From Piromyces finnis finn (Eukaryota; Fungi; Neocallimastigomycota): a DNA stretch of 64,000 bases. The stretch's first letter is position 1. Every line of letters starts with the position of its first letter. Below are positions 47,195 through 61,000 of this stretch, in pieces. The position numbers and the translations under genes are program-made. Location of the stretch: positions 620,001-684,000 of the forward strand of contig MCFH01000019.1 of NCBI GenBank assembly GCA_002104945.1, in the 5' to 3' direction. The notes under the pieces are model-generated. The model was not told the DNA's origin. It saw nothing but the letters and a program-made list of their open reading frames with translations, and did not search any database.

Positions 47195-50100
47195 TCGGCA
47201 GTAAATGTGGCAACTACAAATTGCTTTTTAGATTGCCAACAGATAGGATCATTGTTCATTCGAATTATGTATTCGGAAGTAGATTTCCTATCTTTAAGGT
47301 CACCTCCAAAGTCTGCATCAGTATATGCTACAATTTCCCCCTGTCCTTTATATTCAATTTTATAATTTTTAGTATAATTTAAATATTTTAATATATTTAA
47401 TACCTTTTCCCATTCAGCTTTAGTTTGATGTTCTGAATTCCTTGCTACTTTATTGACTGCGAATGTTATGTCAGGTCTAGTGCATCTGGATAAACAGATT
47501 AAAGATCCGACAGCGCTTTTATATACGGTTTTGTCAAAATTTTCTTCTTCATATTTTGTTGAATAATCATCAGTACATGGAGTCTTTGCTTTTCGGATAT
47601 TTTTAACTTTGAATTTTTCTAATATATCTTTAATGAATTGATTTTGATTGAATTTTTCTAATATATCTTTAATGAATTGATTTTGATTAATAGAATATTT
47701 AAAATTGCTGCGTTCAATACTTATTCCTAGAATATATTCAGCAGGACTGCATTTTGAAATTTAAAATTTTTTCTTTATTTTGTTTATTATTTCTTGAACA
47801 TTTTTAATTTTTATTTATTCCTGTTATTAATAAGTCATCTACATAAACACCTATAATGCAAACTAATTTATCCCCCACCATTTTCTTAAAAATACACGGT
47901 TCAGAAATTAATTGATTGAATTGGTTATTTTTAAGGAAATTACTAAATAAAAAATTCCATTGACGACTATATTGTTTGAGACCATAGAGAGCTATATTAA
48001 GAAGCCAATAGCCACGTCCGTAGTTAATATCTCCTGGAGAGATAGAAACATATATTTCTTTGTCAAGTGGTGCATTAAGATAAGCTGCTTTAATATCAAG
48101 TTGCATAATAGGCCAATTAAATTTTGCAGCTATAGCTATAATAAACTTTAAACTATCAATGTTTAAAGTAGGATAAAAAGTAAGTTCAAAATCTATACCT
48201 TTTCTTTGGGTAAAATCTATTGCAACAAGTCGAGCTTTATATTTATTTATATTACCATATTGATCCCTTTTAATGGTAAAAATCCATTTGGTAGAAATAG
48301 CTGATTTTCCAGTAGGGAGTTTTTTAACAAAGGTCATAATATTATTATCATAAAATTTTTTATTTCAGAATTGATAGCAATGAGCCAAGATTCACGTTCT
48401 TTACAATTGATGGCTTGTTTGAAAGTTAAAGTATATCAATTGTAAAGTTTTGATTAGATGGTTCAATATAGTCTAATGAGATTTTATTTTCTTGTTATCA
48501 TTAAAAAATATAGGACTTCCTGGTCTGTTAATTGACTCATTAAAAGAAGGTTTTAATTTTTTATTAAAATTAGAAGATAAAATCCTTCCATGTCGTTTTA
48601 CTGAATCATTAAATGAGGATTTTAGTTTTTTATTGTTGAAAGAATTTGTATTATTTAATTTATGTTTTAAAGGATTAATATTCGAATTATTAGTTACTAA
48701 ATCATTTGTTTTGTTAATATCATTATTAGATGTTAAATTTTTATTTATAATGAAATTATTTGAATTATAAATATCTGATTAATTTGATGATTGAATGTAA
48801 TCGTCATCACTGGAAACACTAAGAGATTTAAAACTTGAAGCAATTTCATTAATAATATTATCAGTATTTTTATCTAATTTATTCTCTTCATTATTATTAG
48901 ACATATTTGAATTATTCACATTTTTATTATTTGTGTCATTTATTTCATTGTATATAATGTCTGATTTATCCTTATTATTTGATTTTTCATTTGTATTAAT
49001 TATCGAGGATTCAAATATATAATTATCATTATTAAAAATGTTAGTTTACATTGTTTTTGTTGACAGATAAACTAGAAGGGGTTTCTTCATCAAATATAAC
49101 TTCTCTTACTAAGTGAATATTATAATTCTTTAAGTCTAAAATCATATAACAATTAGATTCCATATTAAATCCAACAAAAACTCCTTTAATTGCATTACTT
49201 TTAAATTTTATTTTATCCTGAGAAAAATCTTTATAGTAAGCTATACATCCAAAAACTTTAATATATTTGAGATCAACTTTTTTATTATATAATACACAAT
49301 TTGGAATTTTATTTCTAATACCTTTATGTGGTGTTATATTATATAAAATATTAGCATACTTAATAGCATAATCCAAAAATTCAGTTCCATTTTACTTGAT
49401 TGTAATAAAAATTTTGTACAACTGATTAATGTATAATTAAAACGTTCAGCAATTCCATTATTTTGGGGATTATATGGAGGAGAAAACTTTTTGATAATAC
49501 CACTTTCTCTACAGTAATTAAGAATTTTCTTATTATTATATTCAGTACCCTGATCAGAATGAAATGTTTTAATTTTATACTTAAATTGATTTGTTAAATA
49601 TGTAAAAAAGTTAATAATTGCCCTAGGAATTTCTAACCCCCTAAGTTTTACCAGTAAATGATTTTTGGATTGGACCAATTACATCTGAATGTATTACTTC
49701 TAAAATTTCAGTAGCTTTTGGAGTTTCTGAGTTATGGGGTTTATGGTTTAATTTTGCTATTTTACAGTCATTATATTCAACTTCTTTAATATTGTGTAAT
49801 TTTAAGTATTTGTTTAAATTATCATGGTAGAAGTGTCCAAGCCTTTTATGCCATAATAGTCTTGAATGTTCATCAAGTTTAAATTTATTTTCATAAGATA
49901 TTGTGTCAATGTAAGTATCAGATTTTATTTTATTATATATAGGTATGCGTATGATATTATTTTTATCTGCCATAAATGTTCCTTCCTATATTAATAGTTT
50001 TATTCTTTTCATTTTTGATTTTTAGGTTAAGATATACATTTTCTTTCTTTGGTTTCATATTACAAATCATACCATTTTGTGAAAGCTTTATACCACTTAA

Positions 50101-51075
50101 TAAAATTTTACTAACTTGTTTTGAGTATAAGACGTTTTCAAGTATTATATTATATCCGTTTATACAGCCTTCATATGTTCCAATACCACTGAATTCACAT
50201 AATGAGTTATTTGCTCATTTTTCTCGAAAATTAGTAGGTATTTCTTTATTGTTGGTGATATGCTCTGATGCACCAGTATCAAATGTCCATATAGTCTTAT
50301 TATCAGATTCATTTTTATTTATATTTAAAATTAATTGATCTTGATATTCATTATTATCAGTGTGAGTGTTATCTTCAATTATTTCAATACTGTTTACTTC
50401 ATGATCATACATTGTTTTTAGTTCATCAAAAGAGAGTTCGGTGTCAGAATACTGATCATTATATTCCATATTTGAAATAGATTTATATCTATATTTACTA
50501 TTTTTCTTTTTGTTATTTTTATCAAACTTCCTTTTGTTATTATTATTATTATTTTCAGTTATCTTATTTTTCTTTTCTTTATTTATATTGGTTAATTGAT
50601 TATATTTGCACTCTTTGGTAGAATGACCATTAACTTCGCATATATGGCAAAATTTTGGTTTATAATTTTTATTCTTATATTTAGATATATATATAAGAAA
50701 TATCCTTCTCGCTTCTATTAATTAGGTCGATGTTCATTAGATCATCATTTACATTGATGCTTCTGCTATAATCAATAATGCTGTTAAGATAAATAAGAAA
50801 GTTTATTTTATTTATTGCTTGGTTCAGAAAATCTTCGACAGTTTCAGTACCATCAGGATGAATATAGTTTCTGAGGGTTTTAGGGAATTTCAAGCTTTTT
50901 CTTAAGTTCTTCAACTTTATTAGTTTTAACATAGCTTAAGATTTTCTTGGATTTGAGAATGTTGTTGATAAGGAATTCCCATTCTTCAAAATTATCCTTG
51001 TTAAGATGTTCTTCAGGTTGGAGTTTTAATTCTTGAGACATGTCGCAAATAAAGAGGAATTGAAACTCTTAACCT
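47195..51075 (-). mobile_element. Ty1/Copia element, degenerate, 3'-truncated within RNase H
   Basis: FCHICEVNGHSTKEC knuckle, WTFDTGASEH protease, LWHKRLGH, HSDVIGP / HSDQGTEY / PQNNGIAER integrase, then RT (YVDD) and WQSKKQ; order IN-RT. GGTTAAGAG at 51074-51066 resembles a half-tRNA-iMet PBS. Confidence 0.92.
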
Positions 51076-51099
51076 TTTATTAGTTAAAATATTTTATTT

Positions 51100-52250
51100 T
51101 ATTATTATTAATAGTTTATGGTAATTACAAAGAATTAATTAATGAGAAATTGAATAAATTTATACTATAAAATGTGACTAGTTATAAAACTAAAAACTAT
51201 TGCTAATAAATGTTCTTAGAACATGTGAATTACTAATACACTACTAATTATCATTAATACATTATTAAATATTACTAATACATTATTAATTATTTTAAAT
51301 AGAAAATAAAATTATTTTAACACATATTTAATTTATTCTAAAATATTATAACATAAATAATTAAATAAGAATTAATAATTATTCAATAAATAATTATTAA
51401 TTCTTACATCGCTCTCTTTATAAATGTTCCTTTAGTTCAGGATTTCTACTTGTATAAAGTTCAAATTGTGAAATATGAAATACAGGATGAATGTTAAGAT
51501 TTTCTGGTAATTCAAGCCTGTAATTCATACGTTCTCTCTTTTCAGAAATGCGTATTGGTCTTAAATATTGAAAAGCTAGCTTCTTAGCAGGTTTATTAGT
51601 GAAATAATGACGCTTGAGCCAAACCATATCATTGACCTTAAGTTCTGAACCCGTGGATTTGTGATTAGCTTGATTTAACTGTTTTTTAAAGCATTAAAAT
51701 GGGATAACCAATCTCTAGTAAGAGATGAAGCGTTATCCTTAAGTAGAATTGGGGGAGAATCAATATTACATTCCGGATAGAACCCATAATTGGCGAAAAA
51801 TGGCGACATTTCTATAGACTTGTGAAGAGAATTGTTATAAGCTAACTCACATAAAGGAAAATAAGAAAACCATTCATGTTGTGGCGAAGAACAGTAACAG
51901 CTAAGATACTGTTCAATCACTGAGTTAGCTCTCTCGACTTGTCCATTTGACTGCTGATGGTGAGCTGTAGCAAGTCGAGGTTTTACATGTAAGGCCGAGC
52001 AAAGCGAAGTCAATATTCGGAGGAAAATTGGGTACCGTGATCCGAAACTATTACCTTAGGAAATCCATGGTAGCGAAATACATTTAACAGTAAAAGCTTA
52101 GCTGTTAGGTCAACAGAGGGTAAGTCGGAACAGGGAATTAAATAAACCATTTTAGTAAAATGATCCGATACAACCATAATACAAGAGCAGTCCTTAGAGC
52201 TTGGAAGGTAGACAATGAAATTTACACCAATTCTATCATAGCGTTGCACC
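51100..52250 (-). pseudogene. Ty3/Gypsy integrase fragment with 3' LTR (26403-type clade)
   Basis: SDHGTQF, HQQSNGQVER, HPVFHISQ; purine tract AAAGAGAGCGA then TGTAAGAA at 51408; left boundary approximate. Confidence 0.85.
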
Positions 52251-52689
52251 AGTTATAGTTGTGGTCTTGAAATAATTGACACCTATACATAATACTTTGT
52301 TGTTTAGATATTATTAATAATCGGGGAATGTAATGTTGAACATTGAAAGAATAGATTAGGATATCTATTCTATTACAATAACACTAAAATTTTAAAATAA
52401 AATAAAAAATTGTTTTATAAAATGTCTTTAGTATAATTTACAATAATGCTTATATAATTTTATTTACAGGTATTTAGTATTATTTATAATAATTTATCCA
52501 CAATAAAATAATTTCATTTACAGATATTTTATATAAAAGATATTAGATTTTTTTTTATTAATAAAATATACTCTTATATAATATAATATGATATGAAGCA
52601 ATTAATTATTATGTGTAGACAGTTATTTTAATTTTATTGTTATTAGGGAACTTTATTCTTGAGAAAATTTTATTATTATTTATTATAAT

Positions 52690-53348
52690 TAGAAAAAAAT
52701 AACAAAAGTTATTTTTCGCTGAAAATTAACTAAAAAGACAACTCAACATTATTGCTTTTATTATTTAAAATTTATAACAATACTCTTAATTTTATTTGAC
52801 CGATGATTATATTTTATAATTTTTATTAAATAATTTTTATTTATAAATTATAATTATTATTTTATAATTACAATTTATGTATTTCTTTTTCTTAAAAAAA
52901 ATAATTAAATATAAAACTTTATTTACAGGATTTATTTTTTGCTTTATAATGCCTTACAACAATTTAATTAACCGAAAAAGCTACTAACTAGAGGTGATAT
53001 ACTAGACCTCAAAATAAATTAAAACTATATATTTTTATGTCGCTTTACCTTCACGATAAACCTTTAGCCTTCGGTGACTAAAGTTCCTTATTCGCCAGAG
53101 TATGTTAAAGATTCAACTAGAGAGTCCTGTATTGCGTGCTTTTTATCACACTAACAATCCCTTCCCCCAAGTAAGCATGCTATTCACACTCATCCTACTT
53201 TTACAAATACTTCAATTAACAGCTATAGTTTCTAACCAACTGAAACTAGTTATTTGTACACTGAAATTCTGTATATGAATCTATACGTTTCTAGTATATT
53301 TTTCAAGTATTTTTATTTATAAAGTTTTATATTTATAATTTTTTTTTT
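52690..53348 (-). repeat. Second, inverted copy of the GC-richer non-coding repeat
   Basis: Reverse complement nearly identical to 38507-39113, with a short internal duplication. Confidence 0.9.
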
Positions 53349-53589
53349 AGGTAAGTTTAAAATCCTACTTTTTTTATATACTTTATATATAAAGAATGTT
53401 GAAATTAGATGTTATGATTTCATCTAATCTTCATATATTTTTCTTATTTAATGAACAAACATAATTAATTATTAATTTATATATCATTTATATTATTATC
53501 ATTATTTTTCTATCATATATATATTATTAATAAATAAATTATGTCTCATTTTCTTTTTTTGTAATATAAATTGTGTAACTTAACAATAA

Positions 53590-54803
53590 TACTTGTGGCT
53601 AAAGTTACATTAAAGATATCAAGCTGAGGCGTTTGATATCTTTACAGGAAGAAAATTTAAAAAGTGAATCAAAAGAAGAAAATTTTTCAAGAAAGCGGAA
53701 ATTCGTTCCAAGTGAAGATACTATAGAAGAAAAAGTTAGTAAGCCACATGAACATGAACCAGAAAAGAAGAAAATTAAGGAAGTGGCGTTAACAATAGCA
53801 CAAATTAAGGAACCAAATTCTTATAGTGATATCTTTAAAAGAAAAGACAAGGATAAGTGGATAAAAGCAATAGAAGCTGAACTACTAAACATGAAAGAAA
53901 GAAAAGTGTTCCAAAGAATAGATGAAGTTCCAGAAGGCGCAAATATTATTGATTCAAGGTGGGTATTTAAAATCAAAAGGAATAGCACTGGTGAGATAGA
54001 AAAATACAAAGCTAGACTTGTAGCCAGAGGTTTCACACAAGAATATGGAGAAGACTACAATGAAACTTTTTCTCCCACCCTAAAACAAGACTCATTAAAA
54101 ATTCTAATAGGAATAGCAGCAATTAACAATTATAAAATCCATCAATTAGATATTAAGGCCGCATATCTATATGCTGATTTGAAAGAAGATATATATATGA
54201 AAGCACCTGAAGGAGATAAAATGTAAAAAAAAGGTTTCTGGAAATTAGATAAAGCGTTATATGGCCTGAAACAAGCAGCTAGAGAATGGAATAACAACAT
54301 CAGCAATACTCTCACGGAACTAGGATTTCAGAAATTAGTTAGCGAACCATGCATATTTATAAAAACCAAAAACAATAAATTAATTTGCTTAGTTGGAATA
54401 TATGTTGATGACATTCTGATAACTGGTAAGAAAGAAGAAATAGATAAAACAATTAAATTAATTAAAGAAAAATATGTTATCACGGATGTTGGTGATGCAA
54501 ACTTTATTATAGGAATCAAAGTAGAAACGTTAAAAGATGGGTATTTATTACATTAAGAAAGGTATCTAAAAGATATATTACACAAATTTGGTTTAGAAAA
54601 CTGCAGAGGATCAAAGACAACTACACCAATCAAGAATGATGAACAACTCAATCAGTCCTTTGACCCTACCACTTATAGAGCTGCAATAGGAAGTCTTCTA
54701 TACTTTGCCATAGGTACTCGTCCAGATATTTTATTTTCAGTAACCAAAGCATCTAGGTTCTCACAGAATCCTACTATCCAAAACTGGAAGAATGTATTAC
54801 AGA
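53590..54803 (+). pseudogene. pol: Ty1/Copia reverse transcriptase fragment
   Basis: EPNSY, RWVFKIK, KYKARLVARGFTQ, HQLDIKAAYL, ALYGLKQAAREW, YVDDIL; cut at 54804 by a TGTAACGG-starting insert. Confidence 0.92.
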
Positions 54804-55321
54804 TGTAACGGTATTCAGTATTGACACACGTTCAAATATACCTTAATTCTAAATAAGCTTAGAAAGTGGTATATTTGGTGTGTATTTGAATGATTTATTT
54901 TTACTTGCTCATTCTACAAGTTTTATATAATTTATAAATAAAATTTAAAGTTTTAAAAACACATCTTGTTTTATAATATTAGTTTATTTATTTAAAATAA
55001 ATGTATAATACATCTCGCTATGTATTATAAAAAAAAATATATTAATTTATTATAATTTTAAAATATTCTAATTTTCCTGGCTAATTAGTAACAATCTTTA
55101 AAAATAATATTTTCTATTTCTATTTATAATAAATAATTACATTTAAGTTTGTTTATAAACAAAAGTTGTTTATATTTTACAATTTTAAAATTTAATTAAA
55201 CATTTATATTTTATATTATTTTGATTATTTACTATTATTTTAATTTATATTAAGTTTATATAATTTTAAAATCAGCTATTCTATTAATTCATTATTTATA
55301 AATTTCATTCTTTATCAGTAT

Positions 55322-56089
55322 TGATATAATTTGATAATAATCTTAATTTTGAATTTTACTTCAAAAAGTGATTATAATATTATATCTTTTGTTATAACTA
55401 TATAAGTTATATTGATTAAGATTTAAAATCGTTTTTATAAAAATTAATAAAATTGTTTTGTTAAAACACTAAATTGTTTTATTAGAAACACTTGTTTTTC
55501 TAATATTTAAATATTTAAAATTTTTATTTATTTAAGTATAAAAGTGATTATTAAAATTATAAAATATTAATCTAACTATATAATATTTCTTTATTAATAA
55601 TAATAATAATGATTAAAATAAGAATATTTACATGTATTTATATTTTCTTTTGAATTTAAACTATTTACATTAAAACAATAAAATTAATAACTATTTACTA
55701 TAAAAGTAATAAAAGTAATTAGAAATAACAATAAAAGAAATAATTAAAAGTTAAAGAATATAAAAAGTTGTTTATTTTACAATTAATTAAAGTAATAATA
55801 ACATGAATTATTATATTTGTTTACTTTTAAAGTGTAATTTACTAACGAAGTTATTAAACATTTAATTTAACAATTAATTTAACAAAAGTTATATATTTTG
55901 ATCTCGATTAATTAAAGTTTATTATTTTCTTTCAATAATCAAAATATATGCAGTGTTTAGGATTAATTTTATTTAAGAATTTTGGTAAAGTACTTAATTA
56001 AACTATAACTTGTTTTAAGTTACTTTTAGGGTTAACTTAAAAATCAGGTTTAATAATAATTTTATATTTATTAATTTCATTATTTATAA
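55322..56089 (-). repeat. Solo LTR (family C)
   Basis: 4-bp TSD GTAT (55318-55321 / 56090-56093), overlapping the terminus of LTR A. Confidence 0.82.
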
Positions 56090-56092
56090 GTA

Positions 56093-56951
56093 TGCTACGG
56101 TTCAAATAAGATATCACAAAACACTTGAATAGTTATAAAAATAAAAATTTATTTAATTTTAAATTTTTATTCATTTAATTTATTTTTGATTTTTCAATTT
56201 TTAAAATTTTTCTCAAAAATCCTCGTACTTTTTCCAACTATCCATTATTTGAAATTTAATGGTTTTGGATAGCTAAGGATTTAAATTGATTTCATTCATA
56301 ATATATGGATCATTCACTGTAACATATATTAATTAAATCCTTAATATATATTATGAATAATCTCTTAATATTTGAATAGAAAAATTTTTAATTTATAATT
56401 AATAAAATTTTAATTTATGATATGTGTAACATTTTTGCATATCATATATTATATATTTAATTATGACATATAATAAAATTATATTATTCAATTAATTATG
56501 CCCTTTTTTAGACATAAATAATAATTTTTCTGTCGAGGTATCTTCTGTTTTGTGTGTAACAGTTGCCTCTTTTAGTAAAAATTATAATTAAATTCTATGT
56601 CATAATTTCAAATTATAAAATATTATACAATAAAGTTAATTAATAAAATAAACCTTAAATAATAATAAAATTCCTATAACTATTTTAATAATAAAATTTT
56701 GTAAAATTTATAAGTATAAAATATTATAAGTAATTATACTAATACTAATAATAAAGGTCTTAAATAACTATATACAAATAATATAACTATATAATAAAAA
56801 TATTAATAATTACTAGAAAAATGTATAAAAATTATATATTATAATTTTTATATTTTAAAAATAGAGTTAAACACTAGTAAGGAATATAAATAGTTGAAGG
56901 TTAATTCCTAAAATTCTAGCTAATTCAACTATTTATGTTCATTCCTTAACA
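56093..56951 (-). repeat. LTR family A, second copy (inverted)
   Basis: Reverse complement of 4863-5720; no matching TSD found. Confidence 0.88.
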
Positions 56952-56955
56952 ACAA

Positions 56956-58031
56956 TGATGCGTTGACCGATATATTTTTGAATAATATAATATTTTTAAT
57001 AAATAATAAATTCTAATATTTATGATGAAACAATAAATTTAAAATAAAATAAAATATGTTTTATAATTAACAAATAAATCACTCAAAAACTCGAAAATAA
57101 ACTCTTTTTATTATGTTTAAATTATCTCTTTATTATATTTATAATTTATTTATTGTCTATTTATTGTCCCCCCTTTATAAAGAAGAATTTTATCTTCCTT
57201 TTATACATTTTCATTTATTACATGTATTATTATTTTTAACTATTAAATGTTATTATTACTATTGTTATTATTTATTAAAATTAAAAGAATAAATTAAAAT
57301 TATGTCTTAGTATTATAAAATATTATAGAATATTACTTATTTGATTTTCTTATTACTTCAAAATGTTTAAATTTAGAAAAATTATTATAAATTATCATTG
57401 ACTATCATTAAATGTATAATACCTTGAATAAAATAATTAAAATTTAAAATTAAAATAATATTAAAATAAAATTAAAATGAAATTAAAATATTAAAAGTAT
57501 CAATTATTATAAACACTCATTTTATACAGAAACATAAAAGAGTTCTGTATTTTATCTTTGAAATTGTTATTATTGTTCTATTTCCAGGCTTTAAATTAAT
57601 CACTTTTAGTAATAATTACTCAGTTATTTATTTGTTAATTTATATATATAAGTTTGAAAGAATTTCTAAAGAACACTTGGATAAAACACTAGAATTAATA
57701 ATTTAATGTATATCATTTTATTTTTTTAGTTTATTTATTCATTTTTATTTACTTATTATTATTTTATTATTTTAATACATTTTTGGATTGAGTCGTTTTA
57801 TTTTATTTAATAATTTATTTTATTATTATCTCTATTAAGTCGTTTTTATTCATAATTTATTATTTAATAAAGAGAATATTATTTATTTAAAAGAAAGGGT
57901 TATATTTCCATAAAATTATTATTTATTCATTTTTAAGGGTTATTATCTTTTATTTTTATTATAAGTCGCTATGGGTTAAGTCGTGTTTATTCGGCTAGTT
58001 TTTATTACGTTTTTATGTGAGTAGCGTATCA
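56956..58031 (-). repeat. 3' LTR of the last Gypsy element
   Basis: Minus strand TGATACG...CGCATCA, preceded by purine tract AAGTGGGGGGA just after the pol stop. Confidence 0.78.
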
Positions 58032-58043
58032 AGATCCCCCCAC

Positions 58044-61000
58044 TTAAGTTTGGACTTCGTCCCTGGAAGTCTCATTGTGCCAAGTATGATAATGAACTAA
58101 ATTCTTTTGATGAACATTTCTTTCAGCTATTGCACCACTAATAGGGTCACATAATGTAGCAGTATTAAATTCCATTTTAATAATACGGAAAGGTCCCATG
58201 AAAAATGGATCTAACTTTCTTCTTGAAAAATTTCTAACAAGTACTAAATCACCAGCTGAGAATGCAGTATTCATTGAAGCTTTTTGTTTTCTTCTATTTT
58301 CCCATAATTTATTAGCATTCTGAATATTTTTGGTAACTTCAATAATCCATTCCCAATGTGTAGTAAATTTATTTATTAAATATTCTTCTGGAGTTTCGTA
58401 TTCATTTTTATTATTATATTCTATCATAAGTTCAAATGGTTGAAGGTCAGTACGACCATATAATAATTCAAAACTAGAAAATTTTGTTACTTCATTTTTA
58501 CAAGTACGTAGAGCCCATAGAGCAGATGGTAGAACTTCGTCCCATTCTTTATTTGAGTTTCCTAGTAGTCGAATATTTTTAACAATTTCTCTATTACGAT
58601 TTTCTACTTGCCCATTTGTTTCTGGATGATAAGTGCTAGAATATTGAACATATATACCATATAAATCAAGGAAGCCTTTAGTAGCATCAGAAGTAAATTG
58701 TGGACCATTATCAGTAATTAATATTTCCGGAGTACCATGTCTAGAAAATACATTTGTAAGAAATTTTATAACATCCGTAGATTCAATTGACTTTAGTGGT
58801 TCAGCTTCAACCCATTTGGTAAAATAGTCTACAAGTACTATTATATATTTATTATTATTTTTAGTTATTGGTAGTGGTCCAATAATATCTAAACCAACTC
58901 TAGTGAATGGTAGACCTGGTTTTGTAGCAAATGATTCAGTACCACTATTAATAGGTTGAGGTCTCTTTAATTGACAATCATGGCAAGTTTTTACAAGTAG
59001 TTCTACATCTTTAGACATATTTTTCCAATAATAATTTTTCTTTAATCGGTTATAAGTTTTATAAAATCCTTCATGACCTATTGAATGTGCAGCTAATAGT
59101 AATTCTATTTTCTCTTCTTTATCTTCGACAACTTTTCTGATATTGTCACCATCTTTATAGTACTTTATTCCATTTATTAAGATAATTTTCTTTTTAAGAA
59201 AGTCTTTAATTTTATTACTTCCTGGATATTCATTAGAATTATTTTCACTGGTGGTACCAATAGATGTATCAGTTACTTCAGTTACAAGTACAGCTTCTAA
59301 GTCAGTATCATTATCTAATACTTCTTCTTTTTCATTTTCAAATGAAACGGAGGATATTTTTATTTTATTTTCTATATTAAAATAATTATTTTTATCAATA
59401 TTAAAAATATTAGATGGTTCAAATGAATGAATTTTATTAAGATTATTATTATTGTGGATGTTAGAATTATAATAGTTAGTTGTAGTATTTTCATTTAATT
59501 TAGGAAAATCATTTTTATTTATATCTATTTTATTATTTAAGTAGCAAGTGTTATTTAAGTCATTGATATCACTATTCATTACTTCATTATAAACAATATC
59601 ATTATTATATTCAGATAATTCATTTATTTCGTTATTTTTAAAATAATTATTATTCTTGCTTTTATCAATATCATTTTTAAAATTTATATTTATATTTTTA
59701 CTCCCATGTGAATTATTATTAGTAGAGATATAATTATTTAAATCAACATTATTAAGTTTAGAATATTTAATTGAATTTACACTTTCATTAACACAAGAAT
59801 TTTTATTAAAGTCAATATTTTTATCAATATAAGGATTAATATTGTTATTTTTATTTATTTCATTATCATTAATACATGAATTATTAAAATTACAAGAATA
59901 AACTATATTTTCATTATTTTTAGAGTAAAAATCTTTATTTGAATTTAAAATATTATTTTTAGTAGTTTCACCATCATTATTATTAAAGGTAGCTAGTGAA
60001 ATTTTTATATCATTTTTATTGTCTGGTATTAGTCTAGATAATGCATCAGCGACTACATTTTTCTTTCCTTGTTCATATTTGACTTTTACCTTGAGCATAC
60101 TAAGTGTAGTAACCCAGCGTGTTTGACGAGCATTATTTGGTTCTTTATTATTAAATAAGCCAACTAAAGGTTTATGGTCAGTATATAATATCGTTTCTTC
60201 TTTATTCCCACTTATATAAGATTTAAATTTCTTACAACAATAAAAAGCTGCGGTTCCTTCTAAGTCAGTTATACTATAATTAATTTCACTATCATTTAAA
60301 GACCTACTAACATAATGAATTGGATGTTCAACATTATTTTCATCTTTTTGAAGTAATACACCACCAATACCATTAAGTGATGCATCAGTTCTTATAATAA
60401 AATATTTATCATAGTCAGGATATTTTAAAATAGGAGACTTAATCAGTCTTTCTTTTAGTATTTGGAAACTTTGTTCAGTTTCAGATGTCCATTCAAATTT
60501 CATACCCTTTTTTAATAATTTAAATAATGGATGAGCAATTTGGGCAAAATCTTTTATAAACTTCCTGTAATATCCTATAGCTCCTAAAAATGATCTTAGC
60601 TGTGTAAGGTTTGTTGGTGACTTCCAATTTTTAATAGTTTCAATTTTCTTTTCAACTGGTTTGACACCTTCTACTGATAGAATATGACCAAGGACCTCTA
60701 CTTCTTGTTTTAAGAAATGACATTTTGAAAGATTTGCTTTTATACCATTTTCTTTTATTATATTAAAAACCTTTTGAAGATCTAATATATGTTGTTCAAG
60801 ACTTGGAGAAAATACTAAAAGGTCATCCATATAAACAAATAAACATTTTCCAATAAGTGGTAGAAATATACGGTTCATTTCTCTTTGAAAGGTTGCTGGA
60901 GCATTACATAAACCAAAAGGCATTACTTTGTAATTATAATTTCCAAATATTGTTGTAAAACATGTTTTATCAATATCTTCTTTCTTCATTGGTATTTGAT

